Source of the DNA: Octopus sinensis
Taxonomy: Eukaryota
DNA length: 64,000 nucleotides
NCBI RefSeq assembly: GCF_006345805.1
Contig: NC_043001.1
Coordinates: 9,982,001-10,046,000, forward strand
Direction: 5' to 3'
A model generated the notes under the pieces. The model was not told where the DNA came from. It made no database searches and saw only the letters and a program-made list of their open reading frames with translations. Positions 24,395-36,695 of this stretch are shown here, in pieces. The position numbers were made by a program, and so were the translations under genes. How positions within the stretch are numbered: position 1 is the first letter of the stretch; each line of letters starts with the position of its first letter.

Positions 24395-24710
24395 TACCCA
24401 AGCCGGTGGCATGTAAAAAGCACCATCCGAACGTGGCTGATGCCAGCGCCGCCTGACTGGCGTCCATGTTGGTGACATGTAAAAGACACCAACCAATCGT
24501 GGCCGTTTGACAGCCTCCCCTGGCCCCTGTGCTAGTGGCATGTAAAAATCACCCAGTACACTCACGGAGTGGTTGGCGTTAGGAAGGGCATCCAGCTGTA
24601 GAAACATTGCCAGATCAGACTGGGCCTGGTGCAGCCTTCTGGCTTCACAGACCCCGGTCGAACCGTCCAACCCGTGCTAGCATGGAAAACGGACGCTTAA
24701 CGATGATGAT
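24395..24710 (+). mobile_element. Family B retroposon
   Basis: Module repeats, core and GAT tail. Inverted relative to 23883-24215. Confidence 0.9.
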
Positions 24711-25022
24711 CATGATCCTGCTGCTACTTTCCTAGCTGGAGACCTTACTGGATACTCTGAAATCATAGGCTGCAGTTAAGAGACTGGACATATGGCATTC
24801 CCTCTACTTTAGCCTGGTATGGCTCCCGGCCTTACCAGCTCCTGTCAGATCATTTATCACATGCCGACATGAGAAATGGATGTTAAATGGTTATGATATC
24901 TGTGTACCTGGAGATGAATTTACAATGTCTACAGAAGAAGTGGGCATTGTAAACTCCATCAGAACACAGCAGTTGTTGGTTCTTTCTTTGTTAGGGGTTT
25001 GTATCACAATACACTATTTGGG

Positions 25023-25393
25023 TTTTTGGATTTGGTTTGCAAGATTCTTTATATGAGTTCGTGTGTTGAAGCATATTCTGTTGTGTCTGGGGAGAGTCAT
25101 TTTCTTTTTGTGCCTTATAATGTAACACACTCACCGGTAAAATTTCCACTTATTTCTTATTTTATTTTCCTAAAATTTTCATTGTATCTTGCAACCTTTT
25201 CAGTAGTCTTGACTGGGGTTGATTTGCTTGACTATAGGCAGTGCTCCAGCAAGGCCATAGTCAAGACTATTGAAAAGGTTGCAAGACGCAACGAAAATTT
25301 CAGGATAATGAAAATAAAAAATAAGTAGAAATTTTACCAGTGTGTGTGTTACATTATAAGGCACAAAAAAGAAAATGTCTCTCCCCAGACACA
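25023..25393. mobile_element. TSD-bounded composite insertion: repeat unit + SINE-C fragment + inverted partial unit (Penelope-like layout)
   Basis: 12-bp TSD ACACTATTTGGG (25011-25022, 25394-25405). Inverted arms at 25080-25214 and 25259-25395 with a 44-bp spacer. Confidence 0.75.
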
Positions 25394-25711
25394 ACACTAT
25401 TTGGGGTTACTGAAATAATTGTTGTTGCAGCCTCTGTGTTTATTAGATTCCAGCTAAGTGGGGAAGAGAGTATTTTCAGCAAGTAGTAGTAGTATTAGTA
25501 GGTGTTCTCTATATGTCTGTGTTTGGAGATGATTGTGTATGTAGTGGCAGGAGATGTTGGGGGGTTGATGCTTGCTGCACTAACATACTGTGACCTTTAC
25601 ATTCATGCTCAGGTAGTCTTCCATTTTTATGGATGATAAGTGGGTGTGGTCTATAATCACCCTGTAATGATGCAAAATTTACTTATTGCCGAGAGATTAT
25701 AAACGAGATTA

Positions 25712-26087
25712 TAGGTGTAGGAGTGGCTGTGTAGAAAGTAGCTTGCTTACCAACCACATGGTTCTGGGTTCTGTCCCACTGTGTGGTGTCTTGGGTAAGT
25801 GTCATCTACTATAAGCCTTGGGCTGACCAAAGCCTTGTGAGTGGATTTGGTAGACGGAAACTGAAAGAAGCCTGTCGTATATATGAATGTGTGTGTGTGT
25901 ATGTTTGTGTCTGTTTTTGTTCCCCCAACATCGCCTGACAATCGATGCTGGTGTGTTTACGTCCCTGTAACTTAGCGGTTCGGCAAAAGAGACTGATAGT
26001 ATAAGTCATGGGGTTGATTTGCTTGACTAAAGGCGGTGCTCCAGCATGGCCACAGTGAAATGACTGAAACAAGTAAAAGAGTAAAAG
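25712..26087 (+). mobile_element. SINE family C
   Basis: Full head (TGGCTGTGT, GGTTCTGTCCC), microsatellite middle, AGTAAAAG tail. Confidence 0.92.
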
Positions 26088-28369
26088 AATAAACCAAATG
26101 TGGTACCTATGAGTGCTCTTGAATATATTTGTCTCCTTTTGATTTCTTCAGTTCCATCCGTTTGTGCTTTAAATGTTGTGCGGGGGTTGTGTATTTAACT
26201 CTCTTTGTCAGCTGTATATATGGAACGTTTGTGCTGATGAGTATGATGCTTGATTGTATTTGATCTTCTCTCATGTTGTTTGTGAAAAGGGAGATGGTAG
26301 AGTCGGTAGGTTTCTGCTGTGTTGTTTTGGAGCCAGTTTCTCATCGATTGAATCTAAATTTGGAGAAGTTGTACACTCGTGTCTGGAGAACAGTTGGACT
26401 ATGTGAGCATGATGCCATCTGTGAGTTTGTATATTTTGATAGGTTTCGGTTGAAAAGAACGGACGGTTGGATCAAATCCTAGTGGTATTCAGCATTTTAG
26501 AAACTGCAAGTTTTGATCTTTTTGTGGGACCACCCCAATGGTGAACTTAGAACATGACAGTTGTTATTTCTCTGTGTTTATTATTGGTGCAATATATAAA
26601 GCTAATGAAGTTTATTGCCTGTAATGAATCTTCCATTGGTTGTTTATATATAATAAACTGTAAACTTTAGTGGCCAATAATATCTGTATTTCATAATCTA
26701 TTGTCTGTATTGCTGTGTAGATCATCTAAAGAAAGTCGGTGGCATTTTTCCATAAGTCAGCGATATGTAAGAGTTTTGAAATTCAGATCTCCCACCTACC
26801 AATGAATCATTCCTCACTTATTATACTGCACTTGCTGTTTATGAAAGCAGAACTGTACCATGATATAGTATCTATTTAAAACTAGGTTAACTGGGGCATT
26901 CAACAGTTGTCATGGCCAGCAACACAGTGCAGCATGAATAATGGGAGATAGACTATGGGCCATTTTGGTTTGATTAGCAGTGGCCCTTTGCTTTTCTCTC
27001 TCTTTTTTTTTTTTTTTTAGAAAATAGTATAATCTTTTCAACTTTTTCTTGTTTTTATATATTTTTTTTTCAAACAGAAATTTAGAATTTTACTTCCTTC
27101 TACCAGTAAATGTCAGTTTGTCATTCAATATGTTTTGATAAATAATAATACTTTAATGCTGGAAGAGAAGTAAAAATCCTTTTAGCTAACCTGTTTTGAC
27201 ATATAGAGAATTATCTATCTTAACAAGTATTGCTGTGAAACTATCGAGCAGAAAAAAAAAAAGCAAAAACAAAAAAAAAAACCAGAAATGATTGTAAGCA
27301 AAAACCTTTCATGATGATAGAAGCATCATGATAAGCTAGTGGATACCAACATTCATCACTGTTTGGCATGTGTAATTTTATGTTCTTTAGAGGATTCATT
27401 GTACGATAAAATATTTCATCTAAATTTGTTTTGTTTTCCATAATTTATGTTTCAACACAACTTCATGTCAGCTCAACAATTTATAAATATTTCTCTGTTT
27501 CTTTTTTCCTTTTTCCAATGTAAAAGAACACTCTTATTGAATATTTTTGTTTACTATGGCTTACATATTGTGATATGTCAATTTTATCTTATACGGTTGC
27601 CACTTATTAGGAAGTCATTTAAAAAAAGAAAACCAATAAAATTAGATTATGTACGACGGGTAGATGTGTAGTTAAAGTGGTTGGCCATTGTCTTAAACGT
27701 CTTATGTTCAAATCATGTCGCTGGCATGTATCAGTTTACCCTTGCATCATGCCTGGCCTATATCACTAATTGTAATTGATGTTATTCAACAGAACTCGCT
27801 AGCGATGCAAAATAAATAGATTTGCTAAATAGTTGATATTTGCATGAATGGAATATTTGTAAATGTGTGGGAAACCAAATGTTGAAATATGTAACACACA
27901 ATAAATTGAAACAGATTATTTCATTCTGCAGCAAATAACGGAATGTGGATCAGTTCCTACTTGCTGTTAGTAGTTGACTGTGACAAGTTTGAGTGGAAGA
28001 AGAATGTAGCAGAGAGAGAAAAGACTTTAATTCCAGCATTGAGAAATGTTAGTTTTGGCAAGTCGTGTTAATTGAAAGACAATGCAATCTTCTTGAATAA
28101 TAGTAAAAGCAGTACTTTTCTAGAAGTGTGCCGATTACATGTGTGTTTGTGTGTGTGCGTGGCTGTGGTTGCATGTCTGAGTGAAACAGTGTCATTGTTT
28201 ACAACGTCTGAGATGTGAGTGTATGTGTACCTATGCGAGTGAGCTGCTATGAAAGTGTATATCTGTGTGTGTTCATACAAGTGTGTTGTGAATATTCAGC
28301 TATTAATGTGCTTTCAGTTGGAGGCTAGCTGAAGGGTAGTGAATTTATTTTCCTTGTAACAAAGCATGT

Positions 28370-28612
28370 CGATGGTTTGTTCCTTGGATGACAGTGTGCG
28401 TGGAATGGATGGTCTGTTATATTGATTACATTGTGTGTGACTAGTCTGTTCTATTGATAAGTTTCTGTAGAATGGTCTGTTCTGCTGATGACAGTGTGTG
28501 TAACGGGGCTGGTTATATTGATTACTTTGTGTGTAGAATGGTCTGTTCTGTTGATGACAGTTTATATAGATAGGTCTGTTCTGCTGGGTTCTCTTGATAA
28601 CTGTGTGTAGAG
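28370..28612. repeat. Degenerate tandem repeat, about 7 units of 31-37 bp (GGTCTGTTCTGCTGATGACAGTGTGTGTAGAAT-like)
   Basis: GTCTGTT recurs at roughly 33-bp spacing, with two alternating unit types. Confidence 0.8.
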
Positions 28613-31600
28613 AGAAGTTTCTCAAACAGCATCGTATGTGAAAATACACTGTAGGAGCAGTAGTATGTGCAGAAAACGGACCCAGTTTTGTGTGCAGCAA
28701 TGTAGGAGTAATCAGGGCTTGTTGTGCTGACTTGGTACATGTGTTAAGAAAGTAGTGCACTGATCTGTTATTAGCTAAGAATTAATTAATTCATGTATCA
28801 ATTAAGGCTACATGTGTGAGTTTGCATCATTAGCAAACCACTAGATTTTCTTAAACAGAGATGATCAAGTATGTTGCTAAGGAATACTGTTAAGTGTTGA
28901 AAAGGTTTGATAACCATAAATAAGTTTGGTGAGGGATGCTGAGCATAATCCTGACTTGACAAACAGCTTGTTTAAGGAATCCTCTCAAATCACAATTTCC
29001 AACCAAAATAGAAATCCCTTGTTGAAAACTTGAGCCACAGTCTGATATTCTGCGGAGCCTTTCTCAAATTTAAAATAACATTTTATTTTGTTCTCCATTT
29101 CACTCACTTCCAAGAACCCACAAAAACAGAAACTCTTTAGTTCTTCAGTTCTGTCTATAAAGCATTCCTTCTTTCCAATTATTTCTCATCGAACATAAAC
29201 TACAATTAGAATTAGACAATGACCATATCTCAGTCAATAACCTCAAGAGAAGCTTCTGGAGATATTGGGTCTGATGGCGGTCATTGTATGAGGAAGAATT
29301 TGTGTATTGAAATATATTGCTTTCGAATGCCTTTAATGGTTTCCACAATATTTACTGTTCCTAGAAAGAGAATTAGTTTTCACGCAGCAACATTGTCGGT
29401 CATATTTATTTCAAAACCTCCAAATGTTGTTTCTTTTTGCATAAATATCCAAACATTTTACATAAATATCCAAACATTTAACATAGTAGAATGGTAAAAT
29501 AAAAGCACTAAAAGTATCAACATATATTCAAACAACAGTGGAGAATGCAAACCACTTGATTTGGTTAAAAATAGACAACGAGCAATGGCTAGAAGAACAC
29601 TGACTGAAACCTGGTAACCAGTTGAACTAGCAGAATGGGGCTCCTCGTCTCAGTAAGTGGTGGGGGTAGGGAAAGTGCACAATAATGCCGTTTAGAGGAA
29701 GGTCCTGAAATTTTGCACATTTTCTCCTGATGAACTCATAAACTTGCTAGTATCCGGTATGCAGGGTTATCAGTTTGTAATACTTGTATCTGAAAGTTGT
29801 TATCAAAAATTTATTTTCCTTCTCTGGCAATGACTAATAGTTTACTTTAAAATTTGCAAGAAATCTACCTATTTAACATAACTTTTGATAAGCAGCTATA
29901 GATTTTTTAAAATCAATTATAGTTTTTTTTTTTCTTTTTAAGCAGATTGACAAAAACAAAAACAAAAAAAGAAACGTTATGCACATTTTTTTTTTCTTTC
30001 ATCATGGCAAGTTCAAACCATCCAATTAGACAAAATAGTTTACTAACATAATTATGATTTATTAAAATCAACTATATTCTTGTTGTGCAAAATCTGGTGT
30101 TGTGCTTAGTCAATACATATCAATAACAAAGAATTGTCTTGATGAAATTATGCAGCTATATGTGTATGCTTTTTAGAAGAGACTTTTTTAAAATGTCAAC
30201 TTGACATTTTTAGTGAACTGGAATTCATGTTTTAAAGTACACTGGTACTATTTATGTTAAGTACTTGCCAAATAGTTGTCTTATTATGATTGATTATATT
30301 CCTTTAAACATACAATGAATACTTTTTTTTCTATTGAAATTTATCATATAAGAAGTAGATATGTTCTGCATTTGAGACTAAACTATTGGCTGGCGGGCAA
30401 ATCTAACAGTGAATATCTGATGTAGTATATCCAGATAAACAAATGAGCGTTTGACTGTATGCATGTTCTAAATGTCAACGAGCATATCGTGATAGTTTGC
30501 TATTTTATTGGTTCGTTCTACATTCCTTACAGTATCAGTTGGCTTAAATTAGTGGAAATGAAATGGAATTTCAATATTTTCAGAAACTTCTTTGTTTTCA
30601 AAATTATAAAGAAATCATATTTAGATACATCCAATATTTCCTTTAGAAAATTCCAATTCCAAGCTACCTGTGTCACATTTTGTGTAAATTCTTTATAAGT
30701 ATACTTATAACTTTTTAAAATTATCCAATAATTTTTTCTTCTGCACCTTGCATATATATAGTTAAGAAGTGCAGTAATGTTCTAGGAAAAATCTATAGAT
30801 AGTGTCTAGAATAAGATAGAGTAGGCATAACTAAAAGAAGGATGGTAGGGCAGAAGTGGTACACAAGTGGCTTAGAGGAGTAAAGGCTCTTGTAGTGACA
30901 ACAGATGAGGCAGAGAGAAGGAATTGTATGTCTTAGCGCTGATGTGGTTACAGTGTCTTGGTAAATTTTTACCAGTCTGCCAAATGACCTTCTCGTGAAC
31001 ACACTCAAGACAGTTTTTGCAGCAACATCTCCATCTGAGTTTTGTTGGACAGTTTTTTTTTTGATGATCAGCAATTAATTAAGTGGCCTTGAAGATGAAG
31101 CCTACTTTTTTGGGATGCGGATTCGGCAGTGTTCTGAGATCATCATGAGAGATCAAATGGTATTGTGAGGAATAGTAATTGTAATGATTTTAAAGGTTTT
31201 TAGTTGTGTGTTGTTTATAGGCAGGGAGGAAGTGGCAGTCCAAAATTAATGTTGTGGCTTTGTTAGTGTGAGATGTGTGTGTATATGTGTGTAAAACAGT
31301 CTTTGAAGTTTAATTTTTTTGCAAAAGGAAAAACTATAAGTCTCTCAGACATAATATTTTGTTACTGTTGATAAATGTGGAACTTCAAAGAAATAGATGA
31401 ATGAGAAAAAAATTTTTTACAAGTAGTTGATTATGTTAAAATCTCTCCTTCAATTTGAAACACTTTCAAACTAATACTTTCATATAAGCTAACTTTTTTG
31501 AAGTGTAATTTTTTTTTTTTTGTTTTTACATCACTCATTCTTATAGAGAATACATTTTTTTTTCAAACTTATATCATGAAAATATCTTCAGTTTCCAGTC

Positions 31601-31905
31601 TGTAAATTTTCAAAATTTATTCTGAAATTTAAAAGCAGCTTACATTTTATTGCAAATTAACTTTGATGAAAAATGTTTCCTACCTGATGAAAAATCCTAT
31701 TTTCTTTAGAGCAAGGTTAGTTCAAAAGAAATTTAAGGTTTTATATGTATCAAAACAATTTCTGTATTCATCTAACCACTATTAAAATTCATGATGCAAC
31801 CTAGTGAAAGAGTTTTTACATTGCAAATTGATCTGCTAGAAATAACAGCCACATCTGATTGAAATCATAACTTGCTCTCTTAGAAAAGGAAGCATTCATT
31901 AGATA

Positions 31906-32200
31906 ATCATCATCATCATCATCATCATTCAACGTCCTCTTTCAATGCTAGCATGGGTTGGATGAATGACTGAGGGCTGGCGAACCAGATGGCTGCACTA
32001 GACTTCAATCTTGAACTGGCAGAGTTTCTAAAGCTGGATGTCCTTCCTAATGCCAACCACTCCGAGAGTGTAGTGGGTGCTTTTTACAGGCCACCAGCAC
32101 GGGGCCAGTCAGGCGGTACTGGCAACGACCTCGCTCAAACCTTTTACACATGGCACAGGTGCCAGTAAGGCAATGCTGGTAACGATCATGCTCATGTACT
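31906..32200 (-). mobile_element. Family B retroposon
   Basis: (CAT)n tail and core; same subtype as 10650-10950. Confidence 0.88.
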
Positions 32201-33572
32201 GCTTTACAAGAATATAGGATGGCCACTATTGGAACATCTTTGATCATAAGTGTGGACTCCATCAAAGTTGGTGTGGCAGCTACATAACAATATAATTATG
32301 ATATTCTATTAGTACTTTCTGAGAACAAAAGCAACTGTACTATTATTGGTAGTGTTTTAATGTTCTTGTATTTATCATTTCCAAATTAAGTTCTTTCTGT
32401 TGCACTATAACAACTTCAAAAAATGATATTTTGGAAGCGAATGTTTTAATAGACACTCCGTATCTTATCAAAACAAACGGCAATAGTATAATGTAGTAGT
32501 TTAGTGGGCTCAGCTGCACAATATAAGTAACTAATTAATGGCCTCATGGAAAAGAAAAAAACTCATTAAAGTTCTATTCAAATTATGTTAGATCAGTTAT
32601 TGCAAGAAGCATGATTTTAATATTATGTGTCACATTTCTAAACCGAAAATGGTTTCCTGAACAACAATCTAATTAAATGATGTTACAAGAGCATTAAAAG
32701 TTGTGATTTCTATGGTATGTAGAATGCAGAAAATAATTTCCTTTATAGACCATTTATTTTTAGAAGACATATTCCGGGGTCAACTTCTGAGATTGTATTG
32801 ATTAATTGCTGCCTCCTCCATTAAATAGATTCGTGTACATCAACACCATCTTTAGTTTAATGCTGTTGCAGAGTTTATAAACATTTAAAATTCTTATCCT
32901 TTAAATTTATAAGGAAATTGCTTTCTAGATAGTTTATTGGTTGATGGGAACTAAGGCATTACCATTAATTGACCTTCATATCTGAAGAAATGAGAATTAA
33001 TTGATAATGTTTTGGTTTTGTTCTTTGAGTTGTTGATTTCATCAGCTACCTCAGTTTCAATTAAAATAACATTAATCTTGATGAATATTGATAGACAATT
33101 TTTATAGATTTTTTAGAATATTGTCTTTTATCTAGTATTGATGAATTAGATTTTCTTTGTTGTGGACGGAAGAAAAAAACCCAGATCCACTAATTAAAAT
33201 GGTATAATGGTATTTATATACTTGATATGTATGCATAAAAAACACAAACAAACAAAGTTGTAATAAAAATTCCATCCACCCTTTTCGTTCTCTCTTCAGC
33301 TTACTTTTTTTCTTTACATTCCTTTTGTGAGTTTGTATTTGCATTTGGGTGGGTTGCAAGATTATATCTATTCATACATACATTCCTAAACTTGCTCATA
33401 CTTAACATTATTTACTTTTTTCTTTTGAATCCATTTATTCCTTTACAGTTCGTTATAAGCTTTAATGAATATTATATTTTTAAGAAAATGATAGCAAATG
33501 TATGAAATTTATAAAGACTTTTATGGACCACTAATTGAAAGTAATTTTTAAAATTTGGGTTTTCATATGATG

Positions 33573-34381
33573 TCTTCTTCTTCTTAATCCTTTTGACCCC
33601 TTGTGGAGCATAGGGCCTTGACAGTTGTTTTCTACTTTTTGTGTGTATGTATGTATGTATCTTCTACTCTTAATTGGCGTGTTTCTTGGCTGCTTCCCAT
33701 GTCAGGCCACTGATCCTGAGTTCGTCCAAAATGCTCTGCTTCCATGTCTGCTTCGGGCGTCCGCACTTCCTTTTCCCACTGCAGGTTCCAGTCAAGTGTT
33801 TGTTATATCACATTTGAGGGTTCTTCCCGTAGCGTGTGTTCGATCTATCTCCATTTCCTTCGTCTAATCTGAACATGTATGGGCTCCTGGTTGGGCCTTT
33901 CCCACAGGTCGGTGTTTGGCACTCTGTTGAGCCACTTCAGATGGAGGATCTGCCGGAGACATTTGTTGATGAAGGTCTGGATCTTCTTGTAGTTGCTGCA
34001 GGTGGCTCTCCATGTTTCAGAGCCATAAAAAAGCACAGGTATACGTTTGAACTAAATAAGTGGAGTTTAGTTCGAGTTGAGATGGCAGTGGACTTCCATA
34101 CTGGCTGAAGAATAGTGAAGGCTTGCCAAGCCTTCTTGCTTCTTGCCATGATGTCCTCGTTTGATCCACCTGATTTGCTGATCTTGCTGCCAAGATAGAT
34201 AAACTCACTAATATCCCCCACAGGTGCCCCCTCGATTGTGATTGGTTCTTCCTGCTTGTTGTTGATACGTTGCACTTTTGTCTTTTCCTGGCTGATCCTC
34301 AAGCCCACCTGCCGTGAAGTTCCTGTCGGGTGGTCTACCTTATCTTGCATGTCCTGCAGGCAATGTGACAGTACCATGAGG
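33573..34381 (-). mobile_element. Second RTE-clade LINE, 5'-truncated and frameshifted, (AAG)n tail
   Basis: Minus frames give GLRISQEKTKV..EFIYLGSKI..STRTKLHLF and LFYGSETW..KCLRQIL..QIRRRKWR. 10-bp TSD TCATATGATG (33563-33572, 34382-34391). Confidence 0.9.
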
Positions 34382-34439
34382 TCATATGATGCAGTAATTG
34401 GTTATTTCTCCAATTACATAGTTTCATGGTCAGTCCCAC

Positions 34440-34765
34440 TGTGTAACGTATTGGGCAAGTGTCTTCTGCTATAGTCCTGGGCTGACTAAGGCCTTGTAAG
34501 TGGATTTGGCATATGGAAACTGAAAGAAGCTTGTTGAGGGTGTGTGTGTGTTAGTATTATCTTGTTATGTGATGCATGTAAACAGCTGTCACTGTCACAT
34601 AAGCAGTGTTCTTCATGTCCAGTCTGTTGTGAAAACATTTCTGAACTTAGAGAATTAGTAACCTGTTTGGTAATAGGAAGGACATCTGGCTGTAGAAAAT
34701 CTTTCTCAGCAAATTCCATTTGACTGTATGAGCACGAGAAAGTGGCTGGTAGAACGATGATGATC
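34440..34765 (+). mobile_element. Degraded SINE with a C-type head and B-like 3' end
   Basis: TTGGGCAAGTGTCTTC..GCCTTGTAAGTGGATTTGG, then GGAAGGACATCTGGCTGTAGAAA and a GAT tail. Confidence 0.7.
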
Positions 34766-34831
34766 TATCTATATTCTAAGGCCAGAATATAATGTGTTCT
34801 AGAGTTTTGTAAATAGAAGTGCCTAAAGTAC

Positions 34832-34864
<33 letters not shown>

Positions 34865-36179
34865 TGAATTGCACTTTTATCAGACAATTCACCTACTTCA
34901 AGTCTGCCCTTGTTCTTATTAAGGTTACACTTCACTAAACATCTTCCATCTGTCCTTAACTCAAGCTACTTCAATATATCACTAGTTCTACTTGAACTAA
35001 TTATCGCACCTGGCTAACAAAACTCACAACTGGAAAGGCAACCATATTTTCTAAATATCCACCATAAATCTACGAGTCAGAGATAGCAGTAATGAGCAGT
35101 GAGATTCTCGGGGAAAGTGGGGGGAGGTGGGGGGAGGGCTAGTTTGAAATAGGGAAAAAATGTAAAGAAAAAAAACTCCCCCTATTTGGAATTGATAATT
35201 TTGCATCATCAGAAAAAGGTTTGAAGATATTTCAAGCTATATTAAGAAATTAGTTTTAGTGACTGTAATATTAAATTCAACTACTTTTTTTTTTGTTTTT
35301 TGCTTTCTAAACAATCTGTTTTGTTTTCAAATTGCTATGCTAAAAACGGAAAGAATACATTAATGTTGGAAAGAAGTAAAAAAAGCAAAAAAAAAGAAAA
35401 GAAAAAGTGTTGGAAACAAAGCAAAAGTGTTCTAAATATTTCTTCTGACCGTATGATATAAATATCCAGCGAGTAAACTGAAATATTGGCATTAGGTTCC
35501 ATAAAATATCATGGATGATGTCATTCTAGTTGAATGGTTAATGTGCTTGGCTTTGCGAAGAAAGAAGCATGAATTTAGTCCAGTCACCTTCAAGTCCAAT
35601 TTACTTCAATTTTTATGAGTGCTTAAAAGCAAAATCTATTATATCAACGTCTTCAAGGATTTATTTTCATTCTTTTTTAAAATTTTTTTTTGCAATGTTC
35701 AATTTGCCAATTTTATTTTTATTTTTTTTTTTTTCAAAGAATTGATGAAATGAAAGATAAGCTAAATCCATAACCTGAGAAGATGATCATGAAATAGAAT
35801 AATTGTTTTGTAATTAGTGTTAGAATATTTTTAATATAACTCTGCTGGTTTTTTTGCATATTAAAAATGGGTAATTCTAAATTAGTACTCATTTCAAATT
35901 TGAATTGTAATGGGAAACACACAGTGAAATTATTTCCTTTCATTCTTACATATGAATTCTCAGGAATAAACTGCAGGCCATATTGACTAATCACTCTCCT
36001 CTCTTTTTTGCATATTCTCCTCTCTTTCTCCTCTCTTTCTCTGTTCTTTTTACACTTTAAACATTGCTTATGCACCACCTTCAAAGGTTTTAGCAGCTTA
36101 AATTAACTTCAAGACTACTTAGTATGGTATTTTTCTTTTTTTTTTTCATTGAATATCTTTGTTTAATGCACTAATACAG

Positions 36180-36548
36180 TATGTATATGTGTATGTATGT
36201 GTGTATGTATATGTGTATGTATGTGTGTGTGTGTATTAATTATTATAAATCTTCCACTGAGGAGAGAGCTGATTTCCAACAAAGATGCAAAACTCCATCT
36301 TTGGGATGTGCTTGGATACGTATATATATATATATATCTATAATAATAATAATAATAGTAATAATAATATTAGGGAGTATAATATATTATTATATTGTAT
36401 TATATATTTATCATTCATTTTATACTTTTTGAGATCTAGTTATAAGTTATGTTTTATAAAAATATATATTATTTGTTTTTTATGTTTTGGTTTATGTCTA
36501 TTACTGTTTGAGTTGCCTAATAGTGGTCTTATCTCTAATTTATATTTG

Positions 36549-36590
<42 letters not shown>

Positions 36591-36695
36591 ATGCATACAC
36601 ACACACACTTATACATATATATACACATGCACTCATACATACATATATACATATTCATACACACACACTACACACATGTATGTGTGTGTGTGTGA
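36180..36695. repeat. Compound microsatellites (TATG, TA, AAT, TG, CA)
   Basis: Directly visible. Confidence 0.9.

Noticed and set aside
25712-25790. tRNA-like sequences at the heads of families A and C
   Set aside because: A- and B-box-like motifs are present, but there is no complete cloverleaf; these are SINE heads, not tRNA genes.
29440-29480. Small tandem duplications (21 bp here; also near 54240 and 55992)
   Set aside because: Ordinary slippage products with no sign of function.
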